Assembly: GCA_049663505.1 (NCBI GenBank)
Contig: JBATDO010000112.1
Span: 1-53,482, forward strand
DNA: 53,482 bases
Direction: 5' to 3'
Origin: Sphingorhabdus sp.
Lineage (GTDB): Bacteria; Pseudomonadota; Alphaproteobacteria; Sphingomonadales; Sphingomonadaceae
Shown here one piece after another: positions 1-10,154 of the stretch (position 1 is the first letter of the stretch; the number at the start of each line of letters is the position of its first letter). The position numbers were made by a program, and so were the translations under genes. The notes under the pieces are model-generated. The model did not search any database, was not told where the DNA came from, and saw only the letters and a program-made list of their open reading frames with translations.

Positions 1-230
1 AACAGGTCACGCAGCATCCGGCTGCCGGCAAACGGATAATCGAGATGAAGTGCATCGATCCTGCGCATGATATCCAGATCTGCCTGCGACACCGGACAGG
101 GCTGGTAATACAAGCTGCTTCGGCTCAACCCCAGCAACCTTGCCTGTCGCGTCAATGCCAGCTCATGGGTACGGTCGATCATCGCTTTGCGCTCAGCATG
201 CCCGACTTGCTGAGCGCGCTTTCTAAAAAA
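1..230 (-). CDS. IS3 transposase OrfB, N-terminal part (truncated by window edge)
   Basis: -1 frame after slippery T TTT TTA (224-230) reads RKRAQQVGHAERKAMIDRTHELALTRQARLLG... Confidence 0.78.
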
Positions 231-489
231 TCATTTTCCAGCGTCAGCTCACCGATCTTTGCGTGCAAGGTCTTCAAATCTATCGCTGGCGACGATGACG
301 CTCCTGTCCGTTCAGAGCCGAACACCGATGGCACGCCCTCCAGAAGTTGCGCCTTCCAATTTGTAATCTGGTTAGGATGAACATCAAACTGCTGGGCCAA
401 ATCGGCAGCGTCCTGCCCCTCTTGATCGCTGCCAAGGCGACCTTCGCCTTAAATGCCGGGCTGTGGTTCCGGCGTGTACGCTTCGTCAT
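179..489 (-). pseudogene. IS3 transposase OrfA, frameshifted
   Basis: OrfA is split across ORFs 280..489 and 179..400; one base is missing near 404-407 (ACG CTG CC GAT TTG GCC). Confidence 0.8.
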
Positions 490-768
490 TACTACCTCCT
501 GATGCGCGGCAATAATCGCCGCTGTCAGGCAGAATGTCCACTTATCCCATGGTCCAAATTCTTCAGGCCACCTCTGTCATCAGTACCAAATGTTATAACG
601 ACGGACAGCATAGGCCAACCTTCATTCTTAATACGCGTCCGAGCTTCGGCATATTTACCGCCGTGCAATAATCATCTGGCCGGTCACGGCCCCTCATTGC
701 CTATGGATAATTATTTGCGTTCAATTAAACTGCGTCATCACTTTTGGTTGTCGATAATTGCATTTAAG

Positions 769-790
769 TTGTTAGACAATGTCCGGACAG
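769..790. promoter_or_regulatory. Putative GntR/HutC operator (near-consensus ATGTCCGGACAG with adjacent TTGTTAGACAA)
   Basis: 10/12 match to TTGTCCGGACAA, 60 bp upstream of gene 851. Confidence 0.65.
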
Positions 791-850
791 ATTGGCTAGT
801 TGTTTTTGAGGATGTCTAATGAAGAAGATTTCGATCAAAAGGAGTAGGCT

Positions 851-1702
851 ATGCGTGGTGCAATCGTCGGCTTGTTGCTGACCGGCTTCATCATTTCCTT
901 ACTAGCCAGACCCGTGATCGCTGAAGACGGGCAAAAAATTAAGCAGAATTCTGTCCGTGAGGGTGTTTCGGAGGAGCTTCGTCTCTGGGTCGATGCAAGA
1001 GCGGGAACCGGAACGCCTGTCCACTGGATCGCTAGTGGCGGCGTGTTTGAATACCCTACAGGCAAAAAACTTTTCGGCATGGTCGGATTTGATAGTTCTC
1101 GTGTTATCTGGCCGAGCAAAAAGGGGGGGGCTATCATTCACCTGACGCGCAAGACCTTTGCATATACCGATCCAGTGACAGATGAAATACTAACGGAATA
1201 TAATGGCAAGCGAGTAGCTCCGATCGCTTACCCGTACCAGATGATCACCTACCGTTTTGAAAATAGCATGATTTTCGGTGATGTCGAACAGGGAGCAGGT
1301 GACGCGATCCAGCAGATAAAAATGAAAGACGGTATGGGAATGCGGTGGTTGGGTCGCGACACTTTGGTTGTAACCGCCCCGATTTTTCTTGATTTCCCAC
1401 TGCCGAACGGATCTCGGTATGAAGCTTGGGAAAATTATGATTTCTTCTTGCACAAAGGCGATAAAATCGATGAACCCTACCAAATGAGCTGGCAGCGCTA
1501 TGGCGCGCTTCCGCCGTGGGCTGGAACGGGAAAAGCAATATACCATTTGGTTTCTTGGCGCGTCGAGAATGAAAGCCAGTTTCCCGTCAAGCTACTCGCA
1601 TGGGCAAGGGCGGACATGCCGATGTGGCTCGTACCGCCAAGTGGCATAGACGAAATCCGCGCGCTCCAGCTGGGAACTGCTGGTGAAGGCTGGGCTAAGT
1701 AG
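851..1702 (+). CDS. DUF1838-like secreted protein
   Basis: 283 aa ORF, RBS AAGGAG, N-terminal signal peptide; similar to 34585..35493 (Y.DP.T.E.L, DFPL/EIPL, E.YDFF/EIFDF, SW.R...PW). Confidence 0.7.
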   Translation: MRGAIVGLLLTGFIISLLARPVIAEDGQKIKQNSVREGVSEELRLWVDARAGTGTPVHWIASGGVFEYPTGKKLFGMVGFDSSRVIWPSKKGGAIIHLTRKTFAYTDPVTDEILTEYNGKRVAPIAYPYQMITYRFENSMIFGDVEQGAGDAIQQIKMKDGMGMRWLGRDTLVVTAPIFLDFPLPNGSRYEAWENYDFFLHKGDKIDEPYQMSWQRYGALPPWAGTGKAIYHLVSWRVENESQFPVKLLAWARADMPMWLVPPSGIDEIRALQLGTAGEGWAK

Positions 1703-1720
1703 AGGCGAAAGGATTGTGTC

Positions 1721-2455
1721 ATGGGCGGAGTGTTAGAGACTTTCACAGGCGAACTTCGCTACACTAGTAATGAAGAGGGAAGGCGCGGCGCAGAGCGAGG
1801 CCGCGAAAGTTTTCGGATCGATATCCACAGAGACGGATCGCGTATCCTCGCTGCCCATGCAGAAATCGACGATGCGCCAGCCGTTGTGCGCGATGTCAAT
1901 CAACGGATCGGTCCCGACGGCAGACCAAAGGACAGTTTCGTGCGTATCGCTGTGGATGGCAAATTCCGAGGTAGTGGGTGGTTTCGTTTCGGCAAGAATA
2001 TTGCTGAATGTGAAGCAATGACGACCATCGAAGGGCGGATATCTCAACGCATGGAACTTGACATCCCGCTGGTCGCCTTCGGCAATCACGCGATAATCAA
2101 TGATGGTTTTCTGCTAAGCCTTTTCGATATGTCCAAGGGCCCCGGTATTCAGCTGGTCGAGCATATGTATCTCTCCTCTCCCGATCATCGGGGAGCGACT
2201 GGGCCTATGTTTTTTCCCATAAAACTGGCAATCCAATATCATGGTCGCGAAGAAATAGAAGTTGAGGCGGGAGGGTTTGAAGCGTATAAATTTTCCTTTC
2301 CCGACGTGCCCGGCTTGCTAGAGGAGCATCCAGAATATGACCTGTGGTGCACGACCGATGGCCACTACATTCTGCTGAAAGCTGCCGTCGGCGGGTATAT
2401 GCAGACTCGTTACGAACTAGCCTCACTCAACCACGTCCGGCATAACGGAGCATGA
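1721..2455 (+). CDS. Conserved hypothetical protein ('SPDHRGAT' family, paralogue of 26904..27659)
   Basis: 244 aa ORF with RBS; shares several motifs with 26904..27659. Confidence 0.8.
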   Translation: MGGVLETFTGELRYTSNEEGRRGAERGRESFRIDIHRDGSRILAAHAEIDDAPAVVRDVNQRIGPDGRPKDSFVRIAVDGKFRGSGWFRFGKNIAECEAMTTIEGRISQRMELDIPLVAFGNHAIINDGFLLSLFDMSKGPGIQLVEHMYLSSPDHRGATGPMFFPIKLAIQYHGREEIEVEAGGFEAYKFSFPDVPGLLEEHPEYDLWCTTDGHYILLKAAVGGYMQTRYELASLNHVRHNGA

Positions 2456-3111
2456 CAGCCTGGCTTCTAGTCGCACATATTGCAGTACTTGGTTACTGGC
2501 TTGGCTCTGAACTCGTCATCAATTCTACCTATAAATACGTGAGCTACAGCGGCGACATGCCTTTTGGTGAGCGCGCGCGCTTAATGGATCACGTGATGCA
2601 CGTGGATCAGCACGTGCGCTACGCCTTGGTGCTGCAAGCCGGTCTCGGCTTTATGTTGGCGATCTCATATGGTTTTATTCCAGGTGGCGACGTGGCTTTC
2701 TGGGCTGCATGCATAATTATGTTCCTCTGGCTCGGTTTTGTGGAATTGGTACATCGCTTGCGCCACAAAAATATGGGTATGGTATTTGCAACCGTAGACC
2801 GTGCTTCTCGCTACATGTTGATCGCGTTTTTTCTTGCGCTAGCTTTTCCGTTGATCGGCGGCAGTTGGCCTACGCCTTTATGGATGAGAGTGAAATTCGG
2901 TCTTTTTGCGGGTATAATTTTATGCGGCGTTGGGATCAGATTCGCGCTCATTGAACACTTTCGGACATGGAAAATCATGGCAACCGAAGGCGTTACCCAT
3001 GCGGGTAATGATGTCATCAAACGCACTTATGTAAAAGCAACGTCAGTTCTCGCTCTCTTATGGATTTTTATCGCGGCAGTTGTGATCGTTAGCATTTGGA
3101 AGCCGGTATAA
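2452..3111 (+). CDS. Integral membrane protein, HemJ/DUF2269-like (paralogue 1 of 4)
   Basis: ATGA overlap; multiple TM segments; H-x6-WLG, W-x3-K, C-terminal KPV. Confidence 0.75.
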   Translation: MTAWLLVAHIAVLGYWLGSELVINSTYKYVSYSGDMPFGERARLMDHVMHVDQHVRYALVLQAGLGFMLAISYGFIPGGDVAFWAACIIMFLWLGFVELVHRLRHKNMGMVFATVDRASRYMLIAFFLALAFPLIGGSWPTPLWMRVKFGLFAGIILCGVGIRFALIEHFRTWKIMATEGVTHAGNDVIKRTYVKATSVLALLWIFIAAVVIVSIWKPV

Positions 3112-4697
3112 TGAATGCAGAACTAGTCGAGCGGCTGCGAGAAATTTGTGGCGCTGATGCAGTCATTGTCGAGGAGCAAAAGCTTAATGATGCACGTTAC
3201 GATATTCACGAAATTGGATGTGCACCAACCATAATATTGAGGCCGACAGTTGCTGATACTCTTCCGAATGCAATAGCCGAAATTTCTAGGCATCGCTATG
3301 CTATTGCACCTCGCGGCGGCGGACTGAGCTACACGGCAGCATATATACCGCAATCTGGCCGGACTGTGCTGATAGATACTGCAGCGTTAAATCGCATCAT
3401 CGATATCAGACCGGACGACATGACGATAACGGTCGAATGCGGCGTTACATGGAAGCAAATATACGACGCGCTCGCAAAACATAAGCTGAGGCTACCGTTT
3501 TTCGGAACATTTTCTGGCAAGGGCGCGACGGTTGGTGGTGGACTGAGTCACGGAGCACTTTTTTTTGGCTCGGCACGATACGGCTCTGCGGCAGATATGG
3601 TCCTCGGCATAGATGTCATCTGTGCCAACGGGTCTGTGCTTCGCACAGGGCAGGGCGCACTTAAGATTGAAGGCAAAAGTTTTCTCCGAAGCTTTGGTCC
3701 CGATCTTACGGGTTTGTTCGTGCATGATGGAGGCACGTTGGGTTTAAAGCTGCGTACGACGCTTCGCCTGATACGTATGCCAGCGCGGTTTGATTACGCC
3801 AGCTTTGCATATCCAACACTTGAGGCTGCGAGCGATGCGCTATGCGTGCTTGCTCGTGCAGGAGTGGCTGAAGAGGCATATGTGATGGACCCGGAGGTGA
3901 CCGATCATCTCGACATTGATGCAGTCGAGATGCTCCGCTCAGCCAGGGCGGTAGCTAGGTATGCCGATAATCCTTTGGCAGCAGCGAAGTCGTTGGTCGC
4001 TATGGGCAAGGCTGGAGTTTCGGTTATTCCAAAGGGAACTTATTCGGTCCACGTCGCTGCGGCAGGCCTATCACGCGAAGCTGTAGCTGCGGATATGGAA
4101 TCCATCATCCAAATACAAAAAGCGGCCGGTGGCAAACAAATCACTGCGACCATTCCCATGGCTGCACGAGCCGATCCATTCGCCAATCTCAATGGTGTTA
4201 TGGGGCCGAACGGCGGAAGATGGGCAGCACTCAACGCAAAGGTTGCTCTTTCTGATACGCAGAGGCTCTTGGCAACTTTCAATACAATGATCGAACCGTT
4301 TGCTGATGAAATGAAATCAAAGGGCGTACGCCTGACAAAACTGGCTTCGGCGCTTTCGAACCATTGTTACAGCTTTGAGCCGGTATTCCATTGGAAAGAC
4401 GCTTGGCTTCCGCTGCACCGGGATGCACCGGATCCGTCACATGTGCGTAAATATGTAGAGCCAGATGCCAATCCAGAGGCACGCGAACTTGTCAATTTAT
4501 TGCGTCAAAAAACAGTCCAGTTGTTTCGTGACTTTGCGGCGGCTTCAAACCAAATCGGACGGGTCTATCCTTTTCTTTCTGCGTTATCGGATGAACCGCG
4601 CGCGCTGCTATTGGCGCTCAAAAACCATCTCGATCCGCAAGGGCTTATGAACCCCGGTGTGCTCGAATTCCCAGTTAATAATCAGACAAAGACATAG
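3111..4697 (+). CDS. FAD-binding oxidoreductase (VAO/PCMH, GlcD-like)
   Basis: PRGGGLSY, ATVGGGLS, GPDLTGLF and C-terminal LDPQGLMNPG motifs; start coupled to upstream stop (TAATG). Confidence 0.9.
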   Translation: MNAELVERLREICGADAVIVEEQKLNDARYDIHEIGCAPTIILRPTVADTLPNAIAEISRHRYAIAPRGGGLSYTAAYIPQSGRTVLIDTAALNRIIDIRPDDMTITVECGVTWKQIYDALAKHKLRLPFFGTFSGKGATVGGGLSHGALFFGSARYGSAADMVLGIDVICANGSVLRTGQGALKIEGKSFLRSFGPDLTGLFVHDGGTLGLKLRTTLRLIRMPARFDYASFAYPTLEAASDALCVLARAGVAEEAYVMDPEVTDHLDIDAVEMLRSARAVARYADNPLAAAKSLVAMGKAGVSVIPKGTYSVHVAAAGLSREAVAADMESIIQIQKAAGGKQITATIPMAARADPFANLNGVMGPNGGRWAALNAKVALSDTQRLLATFNTMIEPFADEMKSKGVRLTKLASALSNHCYSFEPVFHWKDAWLPLHRDAPDPSHVRKYVEPDANPEARELVNLLRQKTVQLFRDFAAASNQIGRVYPFLSALSDEPRALLLALKNHLDPQGLMNPGVLEFPVNNQTKT

Positions 4698-4711
4698 GAG
4701 ATATTCGTATT

Positions 4712-5017
4712 ATGGCTATTCTTTACGCAATCAATTGTCGCGACAAACCAAATTCAAAAGAAAAACGCATGGCGAACCTTAAGGCTCACCTCGCGCACAT
4801 GGATGAAGTATTTGATCGTATTTCAATAGCTTGTCCCTTGCACGACGAACACGGTGGCTTTGCAGGCTCCATGCTCGTCATAAGCGCAGATGATTTGGCT
4901 GATGCCCGCACGTTTATCGAAGGCGACCCATATTATAACTCTGATATTTGGGAATCAATTGCGATACATCGCGTGGGCGTTACCGCTGGTAGCTGGGTCG
5001 GCGGCAAACCTTGGTAA
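4712..5017 (+). CDS. YciI family protein
   Basis: 101 aa; R...L.AHLAH, GSMLVI and DPYY motifs; RBS AGGAG. Confidence 0.85.
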   Translation: MAILYAINCRDKPNSKEKRMANLKAHLAHMDEVFDRISIACPLHDEHGGFAGSMLVISADDLADARTFIEGDPYYNSDIWESIAIHRVGVTAGSWVGGKPW

Positions 5018-5028
5018 GCTAGCTTAGA

Positions 5029-5898
5029 TCAGCCTTTTAGTTCTCGCAGTAACACGCTGACAAGCTCATCCATATGCGCACGTTTGCGTCGCATCATGTA
5101 AATGGGACTAATCCACGCACCATCGCTCAGGTCTCTCCATAATATACCATTATAGTCACGGCAAAGTGACTGTGGCAAAATTGCGAGGAAATCTGACTGC
5201 GAAAGTGCATGGAGCGAAAACAATACCGATGTTGTCATGATTCCGGGTTTGGGCATTGGCAGTCCGGCATTCGAGAATGTTTCGGCGATAATGTCATCCA
5301 GTAGGTCAGTATTGCGGCCGATAATCCATTTTTTGTCCACGAGATCGGCAAAGGATTGTGCATTTTGCAATGCTTGGTTGTTCACGCAACCCCCGACTCC
5401 CCAAGGCTCGCTGAAAACCTGTTCCAAAAGAATTCCATCATATTGTCCACCAACCTGTGAGGACAGTGCGATGTCCAGTTCGCCGCGATGAAGCGCGGCG
5501 ACGAAGTCACGGTCTATTCCTCCTTCCACATCGATCCGCACATTGGGATAATTATATGCAAATTGCGTAAGCCGTTCACCGAGTAAGCTGGCGGCTGAAA
5601 TCGGACTCAGTCCAATAACGATCCTGCCGCGCTCCAGCCCTAGTTCAGCTTGAGCCGTGTGGCGAAGCTTTCCGGCGCTTGCAATAATGTCACGAGCATA
5701 TTCAGAAATTGATTTGCCCAGCCTCGTTGCCGTCATGCCGCGAATTTCGCGCTCGAACAACTTGCCACCAAGCTCGCTTTCAAGCCGAGACAAACTCTTT
5801 GAAAGCGCCTGCTGTGTAACCCCTACTCGCTGAGATGCTGCAGTCAGGCTGCCTGAATCAAGGACTGCAAGAAAGTGAAAAAGTTGTCGGTGTTCCAT
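5029..5898 (-). CDS. LysR-family transcriptional regulator
   Basis: N-terminal HTH (GSLTAASQRVGVTQQALSKSLSRLESELGGKLFER), 289 aa. Confidence 0.95.
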   Translation of the reverse strand: MEHRQLFHFLAVLDSGSLTAASQRVGVTQQALSKSLSRLESELGGKLFEREIRGMTATRLGKSISEYARDIIASAGKLRHTAQAELGLERGRIVIGLSPISAASLLGERLTQFAYNYPNVRIDVEGGIDRDFVAALHRGELDIALSSQVGGQYDGILLEQVFSEPWGVGGCVNNQALQNAQSFADLVDKKWIIGRNTDLLDDIIAETFSNAGLPMPKPGIMTTSVLFSLHALSQSDFLAILPQSLCRDYNGILWRDLSDGAWISPIYMMRRKRAHMDELVSVLLRELKG

Positions 5899-5903
5899 AA
5901 CCT

Positions 5904-5944
5904 ACCACAACCAGAGTTTGTGGTTTTTGACAACCATTTGTTAT
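5904..5944. promoter_or_regulatory. Putative tandem LysR binding sites
   Basis: ACCACAA-N7-TTGTGGT (5904-5924) and ACAA-N7-TTAT (5930-5944), centres 23 bp apart, in the divergent lysR/6007 gap. Confidence 0.6.
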
Positions 5945-6006
5945 GTCCGCGTCGGATAGCGTTTAAATAGACTTTAACAAAAATTAATTTACTGCGGAGA
6001 TCGGTT

Positions 6007-7530
6007 ATGGCTAGCCTTAAGAGTGTCACACGGTGGAATGAAACTGTCGATGTATTGATTTGCGGTTATGGGTGCGCTGGAGCCTCTGCTGCCATCGAAG
6101 CTTACGATATTGAGCCTGACGCAAAAATCTTGGTTGTCGAAAAAGCGCCGGAAGAATTTGCTGGCGGAAATTGCCGCGTCTCCGGTCAGTCATTATTAAT
6201 TTCAAAGAACAAGGAAGCGCTAAAAGATTATCAGAGAAAAATGAGCGAAGCCAATCCCGTTACGGAAGAGTTTCTGGACGAGTGGGCTGACAAGATGGTC
6301 AATCTTGAACCGTGGATTCAGAAAATTGCGCAAGATGCTGGCGCTGAATTCCTGCGAGGCACAGGCTTTAGTGAGCGCGATGCGGTTCTTGAGTTTCCAG
6401 AGTTTGGTGCACGCGACGCGGTCGCTTATACCTCAACAATCCTTCCTATTCCTTCAGGCGTCTGGTTGGCGCTCAAAGCCAATGTCGAAAAGCGCAATAT
6501 CCCTGTTTGGTTCGAAGCGCCGCTTGTTGACCTTATTCAAGATCCTGATACGCTCGAAGTATTCGGTGCGTGGGTCACCCATGAAGGAAAGCGCAAAGCA
6601 GTCCGCGCCAAGCGTGGCGTCATCATGGCAGTCGGCGGCTATGAATCTGACAAACAAATGCAGCGCGACTATTACGGACTATCGAACGTAACGCCTCTTG
6701 GCACACCGTATAACCAAGGCGACGGCATCCGCATCCTTCAAAAGGCAGGCGCGGAAATGTGGCATTTGCGGAATCAGGGCCAATCTGGCGGTATCTGGCC
6801 GGGCATTCGGCTGCCGCATCAAGAAACTGCTTATTTGCGTAACTTCATGCTCCCGGCTTTTAGTTGGTTCGATATCGATAATACCGGGCGGCGTTTCTAC
6901 AATGAGGCCAACGAGCTTCAGCTAACTCACTATAAGGAAAAGAAGCACGGCAGGTGGGTCGATGTTCCCCTTAACGAAGCTTATCCTGTCTACATGATTT
7001 TTGACGAAACCACTCGTCAGGCTGGTAAGCTGGTTCTCGAAGTTATGACGTGGAGTGCAGTTGTTACCGCTGAGCCGTGGAGCGAAGACAATAGCGCGGA
7101 AGTTGAATCTGGCTTCATCAAGAAAGCAAACGATTTTGTATCGCTGGCGCAGCAAATTGGTGTTGATCCATCCGTATTTGAGCAAGAGGTGAGGCGTTAC
7201 AACGCATCTTGCGCAGGCGGACAAGATGAAGTGCATGGGCGCAGTGCTGATACGTTGTTGCCGGTCGCTAATGGTCCATTTTATGCCCTTCCGATCACAC
7301 CGGCGATTGTCTGTACTGGCGGCGGCGCGAAACGGAATATGCAAGGCCATGTGTTCGATTTTCAAGGAAATTTCATTCCAAGATTATTTGAAGCTGGAGA
7401 ATTGGGTTCTTTTATTTCCGACCTCTATCAGAATGGTTCTTACCTCACCGAAGCAATGATTACCGGACGCGGAGCCGCTCGTTCCGCACTCGCCCTTGCC
7501 CCATCGGCGCTCCTCGAAGCGGCGGCATAA
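6007..7530 (+). CDS. FAD-dependent oxidoreductase (succinate dehydrogenase/fumarate reductase flavoprotein, 3-ketosteroid dehydrogenase-like)
   Basis: DVLICGYGCAG FAD motif, EKAP..AGG, GDGI, TGGG and LFEAGE motifs. Confidence 0.88.
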   Translation: MASLKSVTRWNETVDVLICGYGCAGASAAIEAYDIEPDAKILVVEKAPEEFAGGNCRVSGQSLLISKNKEALKDYQRKMSEANPVTEEFLDEWADKMVNLEPWIQKIAQDAGAEFLRGTGFSERDAVLEFPEFGARDAVAYTSTILPIPSGVWLALKANVEKRNIPVWFEAPLVDLIQDPDTLEVFGAWVTHEGKRKAVRAKRGVIMAVGGYESDKQMQRDYYGLSNVTPLGTPYNQGDGIRILQKAGAEMWHLRNQGQSGGIWPGIRLPHQETAYLRNFMLPAFSWFDIDNTGRRFYNEANELQLTHYKEKKHGRWVDVPLNEAYPVYMIFDETTRQAGKLVLEVMTWSAVVTAEPWSEDNSAEVESGFIKKANDFVSLAQQIGVDPSVFEQEVRRYNASCAGGQDEVHGRSADTLLPVANGPFYALPITPAIVCTGGGAKRNMQGHVFDFQGNFIPRLFEAGELGSFISDLYQNGSYLTEAMITGRGAARSALALAPSALLEAAA

Positions 7531-7533
7531 GCC

Positions 7534-7749
7534 ATGCTTGTCAAAACACCTGCGATTAAGCTGGGCGTAGAAGTGCGCGGTTCAAAAACCGAGGGCGGGC
7601 GGTTGATCTTAACAGGCGTGGCAAACGCAATGCCCTGCACTGTGGAGATTGGGGGCCACGAGCTTGTACGTCTAATGGGGAAGTTGATCCGTCCGGCCGT
7701 TATCGGCCTTGTTATAAAATCAATTTTTGCATCAGAGGCCAAAAATTGA
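7534..7749 (+). CDS. Small hypothetical protein
   Basis: 71 aa ORF filling the gap between co-oriented genes (3 and 9 bp spacers). Confidence 0.65.
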   Translation: MLVKTPAIKLGVEVRGSKTEGGRLILTGVANAMPCTVEIGGHELVRLMGKLIRPAVIGLVIKSIFASEAKN

Positions 7750-7758
7750 GGAAACGCT

Positions 7759-8451
7759 ATGAGTGAGTTTTTTGCCTTACACGAACTCTCTATCCTGAGG
7801 TACTTCCATATCCTAGCAATGGTTTTTTGGCTTGGCGGGGAATGGGGGGTGTTTCAGACCTCTTACAAGGTGGTCAATTCTGAGCTGACTGCTCCCGAGC
7901 GACTGAGACATCTCGATACAGTTTTTCGGATCGATGTCTTGGCGCGGATCGGCATTGTCTCGCTTTTGCCGCTGGGTCTTCATATGGGATATTTGTGGGG
8001 ACTGCAGCCATATGGCGGTGTAATTTTAACGGTTGTTTGGATATTATGGGCGATTTTGGTTGCTATCACGCTTTTCGCTTTTCGCGACAAAATGGCGAAA
8101 AATAAATCAATATTCGGTCATTTAGAAGATTGGTCCCGTTACGTCCTAATTCCGTCATTGCTTGTTGTCGGAGCCACTTCCTTGTTGGGAATGGGGCCTT
8201 TTGAAGCTGGCGAAGGACAAAAATGGTATTCGATCAAGCTGATTATTTTCAGTGCAGCGATTGTTATCGGATTGGTTCTTCGTCATTTTCTGCATAGCTG
8301 GCCTGGCATTTTTGCGACCTTGATGAAGGGGCCAAATGCCGAAGCCGAAATGCAACTCGCAAAATCGATACGCGCGTCGAGAAGGGTTGCCTTCATGTAT
8401 TGGACCGCAATCCTTGCTGCCGGCTTTTTTGGTGCTCTAAAGCCAGTTTAA
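7759..8451 (+). CDS. Integral membrane protein, HemJ/DUF2269-like (paralogue 2 of 4)
   Basis: HILAMVFWLGGEWGVF, WYSIK, C-terminal KPV; RBS GAGGA. Confidence 0.8.
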   Translation: MSEFFALHELSILRYFHILAMVFWLGGEWGVFQTSYKVVNSELTAPERLRHLDTVFRIDVLARIGIVSLLPLGLHMGYLWGLQPYGGVILTVVWILWAILVAITLFAFRDKMAKNKSIFGHLEDWSRYVLIPSLLVVGATSLLGMGPFEAGEGQKWYSIKLIIFSAAIVIGLVLRHFLHSWPGIFATLMKGPNAEAEMQLAKSIRASRRVAFMYWTAILAAGFFGALKPV

Positions 8452-8473
8452 ACCTAGTAAGAGGAAATTGGAT

Positions 8474-9010
8474 ATGAATGACGGTCGATCTCTCATCGCA
8501 CGCTCGGTCCTCAAGGGAATTCTTCTCGTGACCGCTACAGCATGCGTTAACGCATGCGCTGTCGCCCCTCTCCCACGAAGCAATACCGTGACGCCAACAC
8601 AGGATGCGGATCGGGCCGCCATTCTCTCCAATGGGGAGCGCTGGATTATCTATTATCAAGCAGGAGAGATCGAAAAGATAAGGGCTCTCTACGAGGATGA
8701 TGCGTTGGTTATGCCAAACGGCTCCGCTCTGCTCCGGGGTTCAGATGAGACCGTCGATTTCTTCGGCCGCAACCGGCGTTCTGGGAATGAAGTCACGTTC
8801 CGGTCCGAGCCCGAAAATCTGGTGATAGAAGGGGATCGTGCTTATCTGGTAACAAAATATGCAATGCGGATTATATCACAGGATGGCAAACTGACCCACC
8901 TAAATGGGCGCACGTTTCTGGTCTACCGCCGGGGCATCGATGGAGCGTGGCGTATCTGGCGGGACATGGACAATAGCGCACCGGATGTCGCGTTGGAGGT
9001 TGGCAATTAG
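8474..9010 (+). CDS. NTF2-like/SnoaL-like (DUF4440, YybH) exported protein
   Basis: Signal/lipoprotein-like N-terminus; LYEDDALVMP, GDRAY and DGAWRIWRD motifs. Confidence 0.8.
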   Translation: MNDGRSLIARSVLKGILLVTATACVNACAVAPLPRSNTVTPTQDADRAAILSNGERWIIYYQAGEIEKIRALYEDDALVMPNGSALLRGSDETVDFFGRNRRSGNEVTFRSEPENLVIEGDRAYLVTKYAMRIISQDGKLTHLNGRTFLVYRRGIDGAWRIWRDMDNSAPDVALEVGN

Positions 9011-9272
9011 TGACAGATGAGGTGGCCATGCAACCAGATTACCGCGTGCTGCCCGTCTAATATAAGTTCCGCGCAGCCTATCACAGACCACTATGATATA
9101 GGCAACGACAGTGCCACGCAACCCAAACAGCGCAGCACCGCCAGATGACTTACAGAGGTTTCACCCTTCGATACTTGGCTGATTGTCAAAAAATATGGCC
9201 TCCTGAACAGGTACACCAATATTATTTTTAGTGCTGAATTGAACGGATATGTCGCCAATTGGTGTTCTGGCG

Positions 9273-10046
9273 TTAACCCATATATGCACCGCCGCTGACG
9301 TGCAGGATGTTTCCTGTCATGTACGATGAACCGGGACCAAGTAGAAACAAGACCGGTCCGGTTACGTCTTCAGCCACGGCCAATCGGGCCAATGGTATTT
9401 TTGCCAAATATTCTTCCATATCAAACCGTAAAGGCGCGTCGGGGTCCGAGGTCCGGCCGCGTCCACCGCGCAGGAACGGCGTATCAACCGCACCGGGAGA
9501 CACAAAGTTTATTCGCACGTTCGGCGCAACCTCCCTGGCCACGCTTTGTCCCATTGCAACCAGTCCAGCTTTGGCCGCGACATATGGCGCATAACCAGGC
9601 TGGGGAATATAGGCCATATCACTGGTTATCAGGACCACGCTGGCAGCATCACCATGTTGCAAGAGCGGTACAAGTGCACGTAAGCATAGCGTCATAAGGC
9701 GCAGGTTGCCTGAGAAAATCTCGTCGATCGCCTGAACCGTCCAGTCTGTAATCGGCATTCTTTGTCCTGCGAACCCCGAAGCAATAACGAGACCGTCAAG
9801 CTGCGGCATCACCTTCTTCAGTAGCTTTGCCATTTGGTTGATGGAATTTTGGTCCCTCCCATCGAAGGATAGGCTGTGAGCTGCAGCAGAGGGAGCTTCG
9901 TTGATGGATTTTTCAAGATCGATCGCAACGATGTTACAGTCAGCAGCCACAAGTTTGTTAACGATATCGCTGCCAATACCCCCGCAGGCCCCTATAACCG
10001 CGATATTTGATTGGGGTCGTGGCAATAAACCATTCAAGTCGTGCAT
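9273..10046 (-). CDS. Short-chain dehydrogenase/reductase
   Basis: GACGGIG Rossmann motif, YVAAK catalytic motif, NFVSPGAVDT. Confidence 0.92.
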   Translation of the reverse strand: MHDLNGLLPRPQSNIAVIGACGGIGSDIVNKLVAADCNIVAIDLEKSINEAPSAAAHSLSFDGRDQNSINQMAKLLKKVMPQLDGLVIASGFAGQRMPITDWTVQAIDEIFSGNLRLMTLCLRALVPLLQHGDAASVVLITSDMAYIPQPGYAPYVAAKAGLVAMGQSVAREVAPNVRINFVSPGAVDTPFLRGGRGRTSDPDAPLRFDMEEYLAKIPLARLAVAEDVTGPVLFLLGPGSSYMTGNILHVSGGAYMG

Positions 10047-10154
10047 TTCAAGAACCTCGAATAGTAAGAAAATACAGTATCGGGGGATCCCATTCCGCGA
10101 AACACAAATCTAGCCAGATGTTTAGATTGCGTCGGCAGAACAGGATCAGCGTGT

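Larger units (their letters stand above)
1..579 (-). mobile_element. IS3-family insertion sequence, left part (continues beyond window start)
   Basis: OrfA-like (MTKRTRRNHSPAFKAKVAL...AQQFDVHPNQIT...LHAKIGELTLENDFL) and OrfB-like (MIDRTHELALTRQARLLGLSRSSLYY...LHLDYPFAGSRML) translations; probable left end 5'-TGACAGAGGTGGCC at 579 begins with TG as IS3 ends do. Confidence 0.88.

Noticed and set aside
45..819. Plus-strand ORFs 45..380 and 463..819
   Set aside because: Antisense to the IS or spanning its end and the promoter; not protein-like.
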